This document shows, in pieces, positions 22,830-35,348 of a stretch of 64,000 nt of DNA. Position 1 is the first letter of the stretch, and each line of letters begins with the position of its first letter. A model generated the notes under the pieces. The model saw only the letters and a list, made by a program, of their open reading frames with translations, did not search any database and was not told the DNA's origin. The DNA is from Selaginella moellendorffii (lineage: Eukaryota; Plantae; Lycopodiophyta): the NCBI RefSeq assembly GCF_000143415.4, contig NW_003314290.1, positions 1,822,116 to 1,886,115 of the forward strand, written 5' to 3'. Position numbers and translations under genes: made by a program.

Positions 22830-24872
22830 ATGGAAGCGCGGGAGGTGGAGGAGGACGCGCACATTGGCGCGATGCTGCGCGCGATGGCGTCGTCGCGCAA
22901 GATCTTTAGCTTGTCTAGCGGGATATCCAGGGCGGATTTCTTCCGGCGCGTCGCTGCCCTCTCCAAGGGATTGCGGGGATTGGTCCAATACGGGGAGCGC
23001 GTCGCGATTGCAGCCCTTACGAGGTTTGTGATTTCTTCTTAGAGAATCTTGGGACAGTCGATTTGTTTTTCTCTTGCAGCGAATACTATCTTGAATGGAT
23101 GCTGGCAGTGCCCTGCGCTGGTGGAATCGTTGCACCTCTTAACTATAGATGGGTATGAGCTTTCTTTTTTTCTTTTCTCTCTTGGATACTTGTGACGCTG
23201 TTCTTTAGAGTTTTGATGAAGCAAATGCCGCAATCCAGCTTGTCCGGCCTGCGATTCTCGTTTTGGATGAACAATGCCGGCACTGGGGTGAGCCTCTAAG
23301 TGAACTATATCCGTGGATGATGCAAGTTTTTTTAGAAGAAGATTGCGAGAGTAAGTTTTTCTTTTTCCTCTCGTTTTTGAGGATCTCTCCTTCATGGCAG
23401 CTCTTCGTGGAGAGTCTATAATGCGTTGCAATGGAGAGACCGAAACAAATCTGGATCTGTGTTTCGCTCCTAACAACATTGCTTTGATTTGTTTCACTTC
23501 GGGTTTGCTGTTCCCAGCTTTGACATACTTTGTGTAGGACGTAACTTTGCATGTTTTGGTTTTAGGAACCACTGGAACACCTAAAGGAGTGTCCCTCACT
23601 CACAGGGCTTTGGTTGCGCAGTCCTTGGCAAAGCTTGCCATTGTTGGTTATTCGAGTATGGATGTATGTTCGAGGTACACTCTCCTCTACAAACGTTATA
23701 TGTTTCTGGTCTTGATTAAGTGTTTCTATCAGGTCTATCTTCATACTGCACCACTTTGCCACATAGGTGGGATTTCTTCTGTGCTGGCCATGGTCATGGC
23801 TGGAAGCCAGCAGCTTTTTCTCCCGAAGTTTGAGACTAGTGCCGTCCGCCAAGCCTTGAAAGACTACAACATTTCTACAATGATTGTGGTGCCGACAATT
23901 CTGCGAGACATTTTGGAGCCTGGGTGAGTCCATGTCTATCTTCTTAGATCTTCTTTTCTAACAAAGCATTTTCAGAAAGAGTGGAAGTGATCAAGTTTTC
24001 CCCAGCATGCTAACAATTCTGAACGGTGGCGGGTCAGTTCCATCGCGTCTTCTTCCTGCTGTCAAGAAAACTTTCCCAAATGCACGGCTCTTCTCTGCAT
24101 ATGGTAAAACACGTTTGCTTTCTTCAGTAGCTGCTGAAGCCTTTTTGTTCCACGTCCAGGAATGACCGAAGCGTGTTCTTCCATGACATTTTTACGGCTT
24201 GATGGACATGTCCCACTTGGTGTGGGTTCGTGTGTTGGGAAGCCGCCTCCTCACGTACAAGTCGGGATAAAAGATGGTCGGATATTCACCCGGGGGCCTC
24301 ATGTTATGCATGGCTACTGGGGACAAACCATAGAAACAGCAGGTGTTCTGCAGCAGGATGGCTGGCTTGACACTGGAGACATTGGAAAGATAGACAAAGC
24401 TGGAAATCTGTGGCTGCTGGGCAGAGCGAAAGATGTAGTGAAAACCGGTGGCGAGAACGTATACGCTTCAGAGGTGAGTGCGTATTTCCATCGATGAAAA
24501 ACACTCATGCCTGCCGCAGGTGGAGATGGTTCTTTCTCAGCATCCATCGGTTTCTTCTGTGGCTGTTGTTGGCGTCCCTGAGTCGCGGTTGAGCGAGATC
24601 GTTGCTGCCGTGGTGAGGCTTCACGACGGATGGACATGGTCAATAAGCGAGCATCCCATGACGGTTTCTGAAAGTGATTTACGACTGCATTGCAGCAAGC
24701 AGGGGCTTTCGAGGTAACTCTGGGATTCAAGGCTTGATGCATGATTGACCAAAGTGATTGTCACAGATATAAGATCCCAAAACTCATCGTTCAACGGCAA
24801 GATCCATTTCCTGTGACGTCCACGGGGAAAGTTAGGAAGGACATGATTAAGGCTGGCCTTTCTAAGCTATAA
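22830..24872 (+). CDS. AAE14: o-succinylbenzoate-CoA ligase (MenE, phylloquinone pathway), multi-exon, C-terminal PTS1 (SKL)
   Basis: CF(T)SGTTGTPKGVSLTH, YLHTAPLCHIGGISS, YGMTEACSSMTF, GWLDTGD, KTGGENVY, PVTSTGKV. Ends AGLSKL-stop. Confidence 0.88.
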
Positions 24873-25787
24873 AAGATTTTTTTATTTTCCTTCTTCTGCT
24901 TGTTTATTGTTTTTGTGTATGTTTGCGTTGAGTGTAAGGGCGGGGACAGAAGGCAAGATCTGGAAGGGCTCAGCGAACGAACGGACGGCTCACTGAAATC
25001 ATCAAAACAGCTACTATAATCCGTCAATCTCATGCTTCTTGGTGGGCGCCAATGAATGAATGAATGAATATAACATCAATCCGTGTAGTACGAGAGTTAT
25101 TTAAGCTTATAATGAGCGGCAACAACACTTTGAGGAAGAAAAGCGTGCAGCAGGCAGAAGAGCTCGAGAACTGTTGAATCGCAAGCTAGTTAAAGTTTGA
25201 AAATCAATTTCCAAAACTATGCCTACGTTGACCCAGCACTTCTTAATGTTTCTGCTGATGCTGCATCAAACCAGATGAAATCACTTTAAGTATACATTTA
25301 GATAGTTTTAATTGGTGGTGGACACTCTGGTGATGTCCATAACACACCCCACTTAATGAACTATGGTTATCATACACTACTATGGCATTTCTATCATCTC
25401 AGATTAGCATCAAGTTCCTTTCTTTTTTGAGTGAAGAACAAGCAAGCGAATTTTGATTTAAGATTTTTAAAAATTTATATTATTGATATTATTAATTGGT
25501 AATTTTATTGTTAAATGTACCAAAGGCACCCTAACAACACAAGATGCAGCAGGGAGAGCATTTGCCATGGATGTAGTGGTATGTATATACTAAGATCATA
25601 ATGCTCTGAATTAGGCCATTTTCGAGGTGGAATATATTTTGTTTTGAAATTTTGAAAATTACACTAAGAGCAATTTATGGATAATCCCTCTTCATTTAAT
25701 GCATTGTAATTATTGTTTAAGCATGGCAAAAACAATGTTTAAATGCATTGGACCTATAATTTAAAATATAAATATAATTTTTTATTA

Positions 25788-27442
25788 GCACCATACCCTA
25801 ACCCTACAAACTGATGCTAATTTTTTTTAATTTTTAGAGTAAAGAATGTACTTAGAATATTCAAATAAGATTCTCTTTCGTTTTGCAATATATTTTCTTG
25901 CAACATGTACAACAAGAAATAGTGGGAAGTTCCTTAAGTCTACTGTTGCTAGGCAATCATAGTGTTCCTCTTTTCTGGGAATGAAAATGGTGGCATCTGT
26001 TTTGGTATCTAGTGCAGAGTGTCTGGTAATCTTGTATAATAATAAATATGTGAGAGTTCAAATTATTAAAGCTAATAATAATCAAGGAGGACTTAGCATT
26101 GCATTGAACGAGGCCATAGAAAAATGCTATGTTGTGAGGTCAAAGAGGTTGGAATTGAAAGCAAAAGCAAGCAACAACTACTCATGCAATAGATGAGCTC
26201 TTTACTATTTTCAATTGGGTCTGCTTAGAGGAGTTTCATTGGTCTTGCAACTACAAGTGTGCCACTGTTTGTGTGTTTTACAACCTGAAAAGCCAAAAAG
26301 TTGTCATATATAAACTAGTTGAAAGTCCCCATCCATAGTGTACTGAGACGACAAACAATCGGAACACTAGAGCAATACTAAATAGCTTAGCCTTGCCAAA
26401 ATATATAGAATGTTCTTGGTTTTAGCAAACCATAGTGAAGTCTTGAAGCCAAAACCATTCACTGCAAGAGGTTTCATAATGAAGTGTTGTGTGCAATCAA
26501 TAGGCTTTATAAACATTAGAAATAGGAGGCAATTTTATCTTCTTTCCTTTGGTGCTACTGCACGTGTCTTTGATGTATAGAAGAGTTGGCTTGACTGTGC
26601 TGAATCTCAAGTGTTTAGTGTTCTCAAAAGACCAAGGATAATAAAGATTTTGACGAGAGCAAGGGATAGGGTTCATTATAAAACTTAAGTGATCTTTTGC
26701 TACTTTTACTACTTGATTTGCAATAAGTATAGTTCCTACTATATAATAGTTATATTTATAGATATAATATCCTATATTTACATACATATTCTATGTATAA
26801 GCTCAAATTCACAGAAGCTTTTCGTGTCTCATTAAATTTTTGATTCGTTGGTAAGAGGTTTGTAGTTTTATCAATTGCCTTGGAATGATGCCACTGAAAA
26901 TCCACCTCTCAATATCTTCTAATGAACTTCTTGCTATCTTAGCTTCTTGCTCAGAAATTTGCCCCTTCTTTTGCCCCTGCTTTTGCCCCTGGAGTGCCTT
27001 GTTGAGTACTGCCTAGAGTGCCTAGTTTTGCACCTAGAGTGTTGCCTGGAGTGCCTGGTTTTGTCTTTGGAGTGCTGCTTGGAGTGCCTGGTTTCACTTT
27101 GGAGCGCCTCTGTGCAATGTGCAAAAACATTCCAAAGCCTTCGTAACTTCATCACCTCTTGGTTGAGCTTTCTGACATCATCACCAAACACGCTTCTAGA
27201 TGCACCAAGAAATAGTGCATCCAAGAAAATCAACGAGTGATAAGGATTGTTTAGACGAATCCTGTTGACTAAAAAGTGGCGAAGTTGTTGATGCTAGGCC
27301 TTCTTGGTGTTGCTCTTACAACATTGAAAATAATCTTCAAGGGTTTTAATATTCTTGTTGTGCCCTTTCCCTATTGGGGCTATGGCCTGGACAATCATCC
27401 ACTCAGGCAACCCCATCACTTTCAGATCTTCTCTCATGATAG
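25788..27442. repeat. Segmental duplication unit; paralogous to 52562-54274 and continuing at 50982 once the MULE is removed
   Basis: Collinear high similarity from GCACCATACC(C/A)TAACCCTACAAAC to AGATCTTCTCT(C/T)ATGATAG, including the GAGTGCCT..TTTTGC tandem repeat at ~26970-27100. Confidence 0.9.
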
Positions 27443-27617
27443 GAGCCTAGGTATGTCTTGAGCTCATGAGCTCACGACTTCTCAAACACAAGGAAAACAT
27501 TGGTTTGTCTTGAACCAACATCTTTTCATTTTTCAAATTTTGCTTTAATCTATATTTCTAAATAAATTCAATCAATAAAATACAAATATAAATATAGATC
27601 CAAACACCAAAAGTGAT

Positions 27618-30600
27618 CTAGAAACACTTCTCAAGCTCTGCAATTGTAAGGCTTGCATGATGGATGTGATGGTCGACCTTAGGATCTTGGTTTAGTTTTT
27701 ACATAAAAATGTAATAAATGTGCTTGCAGGCTAAATATACCTTTCCCTTGTTCTCCCTCTGTGTAAAATCTGGACAGGTACATGATGGATTTTCACAAAT
27801 TCTGATAGTGTAGCTCATACCCTTTGACGACTCAATCACAACAACAAACCCCTTAGCTACAGCACTGATGTAGTTTATTGTTGTGATTGTGCATTTCAAC
27901 ACCTTTGTCAGCTTGATTTTCTTTTGTGCACCTTTTGAAATGGAACACCTATATTGTACAGCCTTCCCATTTCTACCTAGTCGTGTATGCCAGTCTAGTG
28001 TTGACATTGGTGGCATAGCAGTATCAATAGCAACATTTGAGGAAGTCTTTAGCTTGAAACCAACTCTCTCCAGACTTTCAATCTCTTCTTTTAAAAGATT
28101 GTAGCTTTGCTCAACTGGCCACTCCTCTAGCACGGAATCTGGCTTCGAGATAATTGAGTTGTGGATCCGGTTTGTATGAGTAACATTAGTCCCACAACAG
28201 TAAATCCAACTTGACTGGCAGCCCTTTACCCCTAGATCTTGACAGCCCCAGAAATATGGTACTGCTGAAGAACTTGAACTTGAGCGCACAAATGCAACAC
28301 ACTGACCTCGACTCCCAATCATTCCAGAGCAATGCACATTACTCTTGGCATTGACTCTTCGAATTGCCCAGTTGATACGAGAAACTAGCTTATGAGCAAT
28401 AATCTTCTCAACCTCTGGCATTGGATTTACTTGTGTAACAATTGGCACCTCCTCCACTCCATGTTCCTTAGTTCTTTTTTGGTGTCGTGAAATAGAATGG
28501 TAGTCAAACTCTGGACAGTGAGAGCTAGAAGGAGTGATGTTGGGCCCATCAAATGTCTGTCGACACTTCAAACAGGTTGTCCTCATATCCCCAAGTGGTT
28601 CATAACTTGATTCCATAAGAGTTCTAATAACAACTTCCCCCACCATCTTAGATATTAACCTTATTGTTGGTGTAGTCTTTTTACCAACCTACTTTCGAAG
28701 CTTTTCTAAGTTTGGACTTGTACCAACAAACCTTGCTTCTTGTGCAGCCAAAGCTTTTGATGACTGCTCAAGAGATTTAGTGAGGTCGGAGAATGAATCT
28801 TCATAGAGGGACACTTTTCCTTTCTTTGCTTTGGAAGCTCTCCAACTCCAATGTTTGCTCTTAGAGAGATTAATTGTTGGTGTAAGTGTATTGTCATCAA
28901 GTGGTTGATCCTAAGAAAAATGCAATATTTGAATGTGACAAAAAAAGAAAATGAGAGAAAACTTATATGAAAAATATAATGGCCCCACTGAAACATTCGA
29001 ACTTCCCACCATGCAAACCAACACTCCATTTGTGGAAGGTGTTCAATTGGCACTTTGTTTCCTTCATACCACCATATGCACATCTCATTTGGTTTTGCTT
29101 TGTGCTCCTCATTAGTTGGTGCATCCATCCATTCTTGACAAAGCTGCTTAAACTCGTAATGGAAGCTAGACTTGATGCATCGGCAATGTTCATTAATGCT
29201 CTTTGCCCAATGAAACTCACAACTCTTCTCTCTACCTTGTAATGGTTGACTTTTATCACCTTGTATGTATCACATTGAGAATACTTGTTGTATAGCCAAC
29301 CAGTTAGCACCAGTAGCATTTGCCATGAAACCATGAAAGTTGGGTTTCTTCCTGGTTCATTGTTTAACAACTTTAGACATACATGTCCAAAAGACGGTTT
29401 ATGCTTGGAAATCTTGAACCTTGAATTCGGTTATAACTATAGTCAAATTGCACTACAACTTATACAAAGAATGGTTATAATGTAAATCGGTATGAATCTT
29501 TAAAAAATGAATAACCACTTACTTGTGATCATAAACATGAGCTCCCATTGTTGATCAGCCTGAAACTCATTCTATATGGTCGAAATGGATTCAGGAATTA
29601 GCTAAGTCCCCGTCTCCATCGATATCCATTCGTTGTACAAGGTCCACACCAAAAGCAGGACCAAGGGTGGACATTTTAAAGATGAAAGGGCGTTGACTAT
29701 TTGAAGTCACTTAGCCAATGAACAAACTCCCATAAATAAATTCATAGGGATATTTTCTTTTTAACTCTAAAATTGCATTCAATCCAGATTGAAACTTTCC
29801 ATCTCACCCTTCTCACATCCAGTTCTTTATTTTGCTAAAAAAAAGAGTGTTTCTAGTGATAAAGTAGAGTTAAGTATTAACTTATACCTGTTTAAATTTG
29901 TCATAGGTTCTATATTTCGAAGCAAGTCCTTCAAGTTGTTCTCCATGAACTCTTTTTTGCCACTTACTTGTAGCAATGTGTCCACCACATAGTCCTTTAG
30001 TACAAATTGTTGAACATACTTTGGAGTTGCAGCACTTTTCTTCCTAACCTCTGTAGTAACAGCAGCCTTCAAATTGCGAAAAGAATCACGGCGGATTCCT
30101 TCCTCTATTACGTGTTAGTGGTATCTAACATGCACTGCTGCTCTACCTAAACATCCATCCCGTGGAAGAAAATAATACATTTTTGCATCACAACATGCTT
30201 GACAAATAGGTGTTGCCCCGCATTTGTGACATCTAAACCTTGTAGCAACCTTATCACATCTAAGGGGATTAATTGCTGAGCCTTCAAAGAAACACATATT
30301 CTTGCCATGATTAGAAATGCATTTCTCAGCGACACTTTGAAGCTTTCCACCACAATGGACTATGGACATAGATCCGTCGAAATGGGAGAAGTGGGTTGTC
30401 TTTACTCTACACCAATTATGTGGATCAAGATGTGTCTCCATGCCCTTCTTCTTGCTTGACAAATTGGCCAGTGGAAATTTGAAGAATATATTCCCATTAT
30501 AGAAAGACAGGAACTCCTCACCTCTCACTAAAACTCCTTCAATTCCAACCATAGTGATTGAGATTGCCGAAATGCTTTATCCACCGCTTCAAAAACTGGT

Positions 30601-31013
30601 CCAGAAGGAATGCACTTATTTGTATGGGAAGCTATGTCGGGAAGCTCATCTTCTTCACTTTCATCATTGAAGAGAATAACAACTTTATCCTTCACTCCTT
30701 GCATAGTTGGCTGTGAAATTGACACACTCTCCTCTGCTTGCTTTGGAGATCCTATAACTAGAATCTCCTGACCTGTACATCTATCAAGATCCCATTGAAT
30801 CCCATTCTCTCCTACATCACTATCGAGAAGAATGGATTTTTCTATCTGATTACCTTTATCCTGACATACATTTTCCAAACTAATTGATCCCAGCTTCAAC
30901 TTGAATCTTCTGCAGAGGAAGCTCTCTCCTATAACATTCTTAGAGAAAACAATTGAAGGCTCTTGATAGAACTTCAAGTAGAATTCTTTCATATCTTCTC
31001 CTTGCTTGAGCAC
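27618..31013 (-). pseudogene. Decayed MULE-type transposase (GCM-like Cys/His DNA-binding domain, DDE core with CxxH, SWIM zinc finger)
   Basis: HNWCRVKTT...CGGKL...CHKCG...CCDAK...AVHVRYH; NFHGFMANATGANW; EKSCEFHWAKS; WFAWWEVR; CTCPDF...ACKHIYYIF. Multiple stops and frameshifts. Confidence 0.82.
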
Positions 31014-31175
31014 TTAGAAAAAATTTAAGGAGAAACTGACAAGAAAGAATAAAGATATTCTTCTGTATTGTGAGCTTTAATTAGCTGTGTCCTTGCAAAG
31101 GACAAGTTAAAGTTTTTAACAAAACATACAACCGTTTAGAATCTAGAGATATATGAGAATGTTAAAGAGCCACCC

Positions 31176-31527
31176 ATATTAATCGTATAATTGATTATGA
31201 GAGGAATAATACTGTTGAAATGAATGGGATTATGAGCGAGAAGAACTGATTAATCATGAGAGTTGTAACATTAATTGCTTATTCTCCCTCTCATCTCCAT
31301 GCTCTTTTCCCTTCAAAAAAGTTTTTATTCTTTTGTGATAAGTGAGAAAGACTTAAGCTCGAAAAGGTTGGTTTGTGCATGGTTTTTTCATGGGAAAAGA
31401 GCATGGAGATGAGAGGGAGAACAAGCAGTTAATGCTATAACTCTTGTGATTAATCAGTGTCTCTCACTCATAACCCCATTCATTTTAACAGTATTATTCT
31501 TCTCACAATCAATTATACAATTAATAT
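31176..31527. repeat. ~135-bp-arm inverted repeat (foldback/MITE-like)
   Basis: 31176-31310 is the reverse complement of 31392-31527 (e.g. CTCCCTCTCATCTCCATGCTCTTTTCCC / GGGAAAAGAGCATGGAGATGAGAGGGAG). Confidence 0.85.
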
Positions 31528-31849
31528 CTAAAGCATTGAATGATTATCTCCTTGGAAAGAACATGTGAAATCTATGTTCATAGTGAATTTGTCCTATAAA
31601 TATATCCAAGTACTGTTAAAAAATTGATCGTGACTATTAATTTTTAGGGTTTTACTGCTAGGGTTTGAGCAAGGAAGGGCGAGAGAAAAACGCTTGAATG
31701 CTTCAAGATGCTTCTCAATCAAGATGCTAGATGTTATTCAAGACACTAGAAAGACACTCCTCAATCAAGGTATACCTCCCTCTGCTGCTTTTCCATCTCC
31801 CCATCTTTTGCTCCTAGCTCACAAGTAACTTGCGCCTCACGGCTACTTC

Positions 31850-32062
31850 GCGCTGGAATGATCGGTTTGACAACAAACCAATCTTCCCAGCACATTAGAT
31901 TCTGGAATTTTTTTTTTCTTGTCGTTCTATTGGTGCTGAGAAGATCAGTTTGGCGACAAACCGATCTTCCTGGCACATCAAGTTTTGGGTTTTTTTTTGT
32001 TTCTTGTCGTTCCATTGGCACTGAGAAGATCGGTTCGGTGATGAACCAATCTTCCCAATGCC
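31850..32062. repeat. Three ~45-bp palindromes (AAGATCGGTTTG-N4-CAAACCGATCTT core); a fourth copy at ~45778-45823
   Basis: Read directly at ~31850, ~31932, ~32017 and ~45778. Confidence 0.85.
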
Positions 32063-32507
32063 AAGAAGTTCTATTTCGTTAAAGTGGGAATTGTCATTAT
32101 CCCACTTGTAAAATAAGGTTTCCAAACCTTTATATAGTATATAAATATAACAAAATTCAATTGCATTGAGGCACATGCCATTTTATTTTAAACAAGGAAA
32201 TGTCTACTCAATCACTTCTCCTCCCCCTGCCACTGCTTCACCTCTCTCTTCTCCTTGTCATCGTTGTCCAATTTCTTTCCATCCTTTTAATATTGGCTCA
32301 GTTGCTCCGAGTCTAGATGGAGCCCAAGTCCCCATTCAATCTTTACTTTCCCCTTATTAATAAAACAACTTCGCAGACTTCCAATAACATGCTGTAACAC
32401 TTCTAGTATAATGCAAATCCTCTCAAAGAATTGTCTTTTAATATTAATACAATGGCATGGAACCCCATGCCATAATAAGTTACATTTTTAAATAAATACA
32501 TGCCATC

Positions 32508-33392
32508 TCAGACTGTTATTTTTTGCCTCCAACGCCTATACAATAATCTTGGAATTTCATCACTCTCCACACTATCAGGATTTAAACCCAATAGTAATGC
32601 CATCTCTTCTCTAATACGTCCACGCTCATGTTCAGTGGTCGAAGAACCCATCCGGTTGAGCAGATTATGGAGATGCGGATAGTGCTTGGCTAGACAATAT
32701 ACATGCCATAAATGATGACTGGTGTCTGTCCGATCAAATGGCTTCTGATATACCGTTCCATCTGCCATTTGGTTGATTTCTGCAGCCACCTCCTGGACTG
32801 GCCGGTTCTCTATCACCATCGCTTCAAGCCGTTTTGCAAGGTCCCCCAGAACATACGGTTTCTTCTCCCTAGTTTCCATACTGCAAGAGATGGGGTGCAC
32901 TGCATATGTGTGCGTGTTCACTGCAGTTTTAATCAGCGAGTCATCGATGATGAGGATTTCACTTGACCTAGCAGTCCGGTTCATCACTACAGCCTCTGCC
33001 TTGACGAAGATGGGCTTGCTACCCCTCACATGGACCATAGTCAAGCAATCCTCCTGCGTTAGGAGAAAGTCAAATGGTAATATTACTCGCGTCTGATCGT
33101 GCATCATCTGTAGCAACGTTAATGCATTGTGGCGCATCATGGATGTCCAAACTCCCAATTGCAAATTGAACCCGGCCCTCTGTTTTAAGTGTCGTATGGT
33201 CATTATTAGATCCCGCAGTTTCTCCCGTGTGATTAATGTGAATCTGTCTCTTTTGACCAACTTGCGACCGCAGGCTTTGGAGGGTGCAGTGACATTCGAG
33301 GACGAGCCACGCTCATGGGAGAAAAGGACACCGTTCAGATCAAAAACGATACAGTACTTTCGCCGTGACTCTGAAATGAAATGCGTCAGCAT
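32508..33392 (-). CDS. FCP1-homology/NIF (HAD-fold) phosphatase-like domain; likely the 3' part of a longer gene including 33386-35160
   Basis: IVFDLNGVLF (motif I, DxN variant), LGVWTSM, FLLTQEDC, KPIFVK, ILIIDDSLIK. Confidence 0.7.
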   Translation of the reverse strand: MLTHFISESRRKYCIVFDLNGVLFSHERGSSSNVTAPSKACGRKLVKRDRFTLITREKLRDLIMTIRHLKQRAGFNLQLGVWTSMMRHNALTLLQMMHDQTRVILPFDFLLTQEDCLTMVHVRGSKPIFVKAEAVVMNRTARSSEILIIDDSLIKTAVNTHTYAVHPISCSMETREKKPYVLGDLAKRLEAMVIENRPVQEVAAEINQMADGTVYQKPFDRTDTSHHLWHVYCLAKHYPHLHNLLNRMGSSTTEHERGRIREEMALLLGLNPDSVESDEIPRLLYRRWRQKITV

Positions 33393-35160
33393 AAAAAATG
33401 GTACAAGTCAATTTTACCATCTACAATATTAGCGAATGGTGCTCCCGATGGTCGTTCAGAGGGTTTTGGTCGAGGAAACGTGAAGGGCGGAAATACTCTC
33501 CTCTGCAATGTGGGGTCAATCGCATCCGATGGCGTGTGGGCACATGCCATTTCAGCTGTAGACTCTGGTACAACTGGCTCAACAGTGGCATGGGGTGGTT
33601 CCGATGGCGTGTGATCACACGCCATTTCAGCTGGTGCCTCCGTTGGCAAAGTGGACATGACCGAACAGGCAGCAGGGGCGGTGTAGGGAGGTTCCAACGG
33701 CGCGTAGTCAGACGATTGGGCACACGTTGGAAATGAGGATACGACCGGCTCGGCGGCTGGGGCGGCCTTATGCGGGTCTAATGGCGCCTGGTCACCGTCA
33801 GTTGGATACGTGGACAAGATTGACTCAGTGGTATGGGCAGCATCAAGTGGAGCATGGTCAGCTTGCTTGGCGTTGATATGGATAGTAGCCTCCACCAGCT
33901 CTGATGACTCTTGCAGGCAAGTAGAGTCCACTGGTGGATCCATATGCATGTCCAAATATCTCCCTTCGATTGAGATGGTATCCTCCCGTGCTACTAAAAA
34001 CAAATTCATTAGCACATTGAATCGACTATACTGTATTTACCATCAACTGCTATTGAGGAACTAGGACCGATATCACTTGGGCGCACTGTTGATTCTGAAA
34101 GATTGGACATACGTTTCGACCCTTGCTTGGCACTATCCTTCCTCGACACTAAAGGCTAGAGTTTGTATCTTAATTCAACTGAATAATCTCTACTTACCAT
34201 TTCTTCTGCGACCTACATGGACAATGTTAGAAATGGTAAAAGGTTAGGAATGGATGTACTATTATTTACCTGATGGTTTGTCTTGTATGACCTTCCTCCG
34301 TTGCTCTTTGGCCACCTCAGGCTGGCCATCGTCGTCATCATCGTCATCGTCGTTATTGTGATCGTCACCATTGTGAGGACCATCCAAGTCCTCTTCGTCC
34401 TCCTCTTCTTCATCCTCCTCTTCTTCGTCCTCCTCTTCTTTGTCCTCCTCTTCGTCTTTCTGCTCTTCCTGCTCATTATCTTTCTCTGGCTCCTCATCCC
34501 CCTCTTGCATTTCTTCCATAGGCTGCTCAGGCTGGATGGCTTGTTTTTCCAGGACCATCTTGGGAAAATCATCTGGCCGAGTCTCCATCTCAAAATACAA
34601 GACATCCATAGCCTGTTTTAGTGCGTGACCTAGGACCGTATCCTCACCCGACTGTCTTAACATGGTTTCTGCATGTTCTTGCACCCTTCGAAGACGACGA
34701 GATGAGAAAAACGTGGCCCTGACTTGAAAAGCATCCCTCATCCATTGTACCTCTCCATTGAGATTGGGGAAGGGGAGTCCGCCATAGGAATCTGAGTCAG
34801 AAGGTGGTGACTGGCTCCTTTCACTCAGCCCTTGATCTGCAATGAATGGCATGAGCACACACGCCATAACCGCGAGGCATTACCTATCATCTTTTCGTTG
34901 CCCTTCTTCCTTTTCGAATCAAACGCCTCTGATCCCGACGACTGTCCAACGTGCTTTCGCTTTTTATGACCATTGTCAGTTTGAGCTTGGCTGGTGCTTG
35001 CCTGTTTTGCCTTTGAAGAAGTGTCTCCTGCAAGGAATGGCATGAGACCACACGCCATTGCAAATATAATTTGTACCTCCTTTTTTCCTATTGCTTGTCT
35101 GTTTGTCCTTTTTCGACGCGCCATCAGTGCGCTTTTCAGTCCTCGTGTCTGAATATTCAC
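33386..35160 (-). CDS. Low-complexity upstream exons (acidic Asp/Glu tract, Pro/Ala-rich repeats), probably belonging to the NIF-domain gene
   Basis: ORFs 34825-35160, 34262-34867 (poly-E/D) and 33386-34015 on the same strand with GT-AG sites between them. A one-base frame offset in an A6 run at ~33393 separates them from the NIF ORF. Confidence 0.4.
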
Positions 35161-35348
35161 AACGATCTATAATCAAAATGGCGTGAGGCCTCACGTGACC
35201 TTACCTTGTGCAGGTTGTGACCTCGGCCTAACATCAGTAGCTGTTAACGCCGTTTCAGCATCTGAGGGTGGCCACGCTCCTGCATACAGAGCTTGTGAGA
35301 TAACATTTAAACTTAAAGTGCGTACTCACCAGGTTCGTAGAGAAGATA

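Noticed and set aside
25100-25620. Possible hAT transposase remnant (WW...IKFL-like fragments)
   Set aside because: Too degraded, with no ORF, TIR or TSD that I can support.
26934-27240. RHSR-repeat and LECL-repeat ORFs (also 53732-54047) and SDSIS-repeat ORFs in the LTRs
   Set aside because: Translations of tandem DNA repeats, with no evidence of coding.
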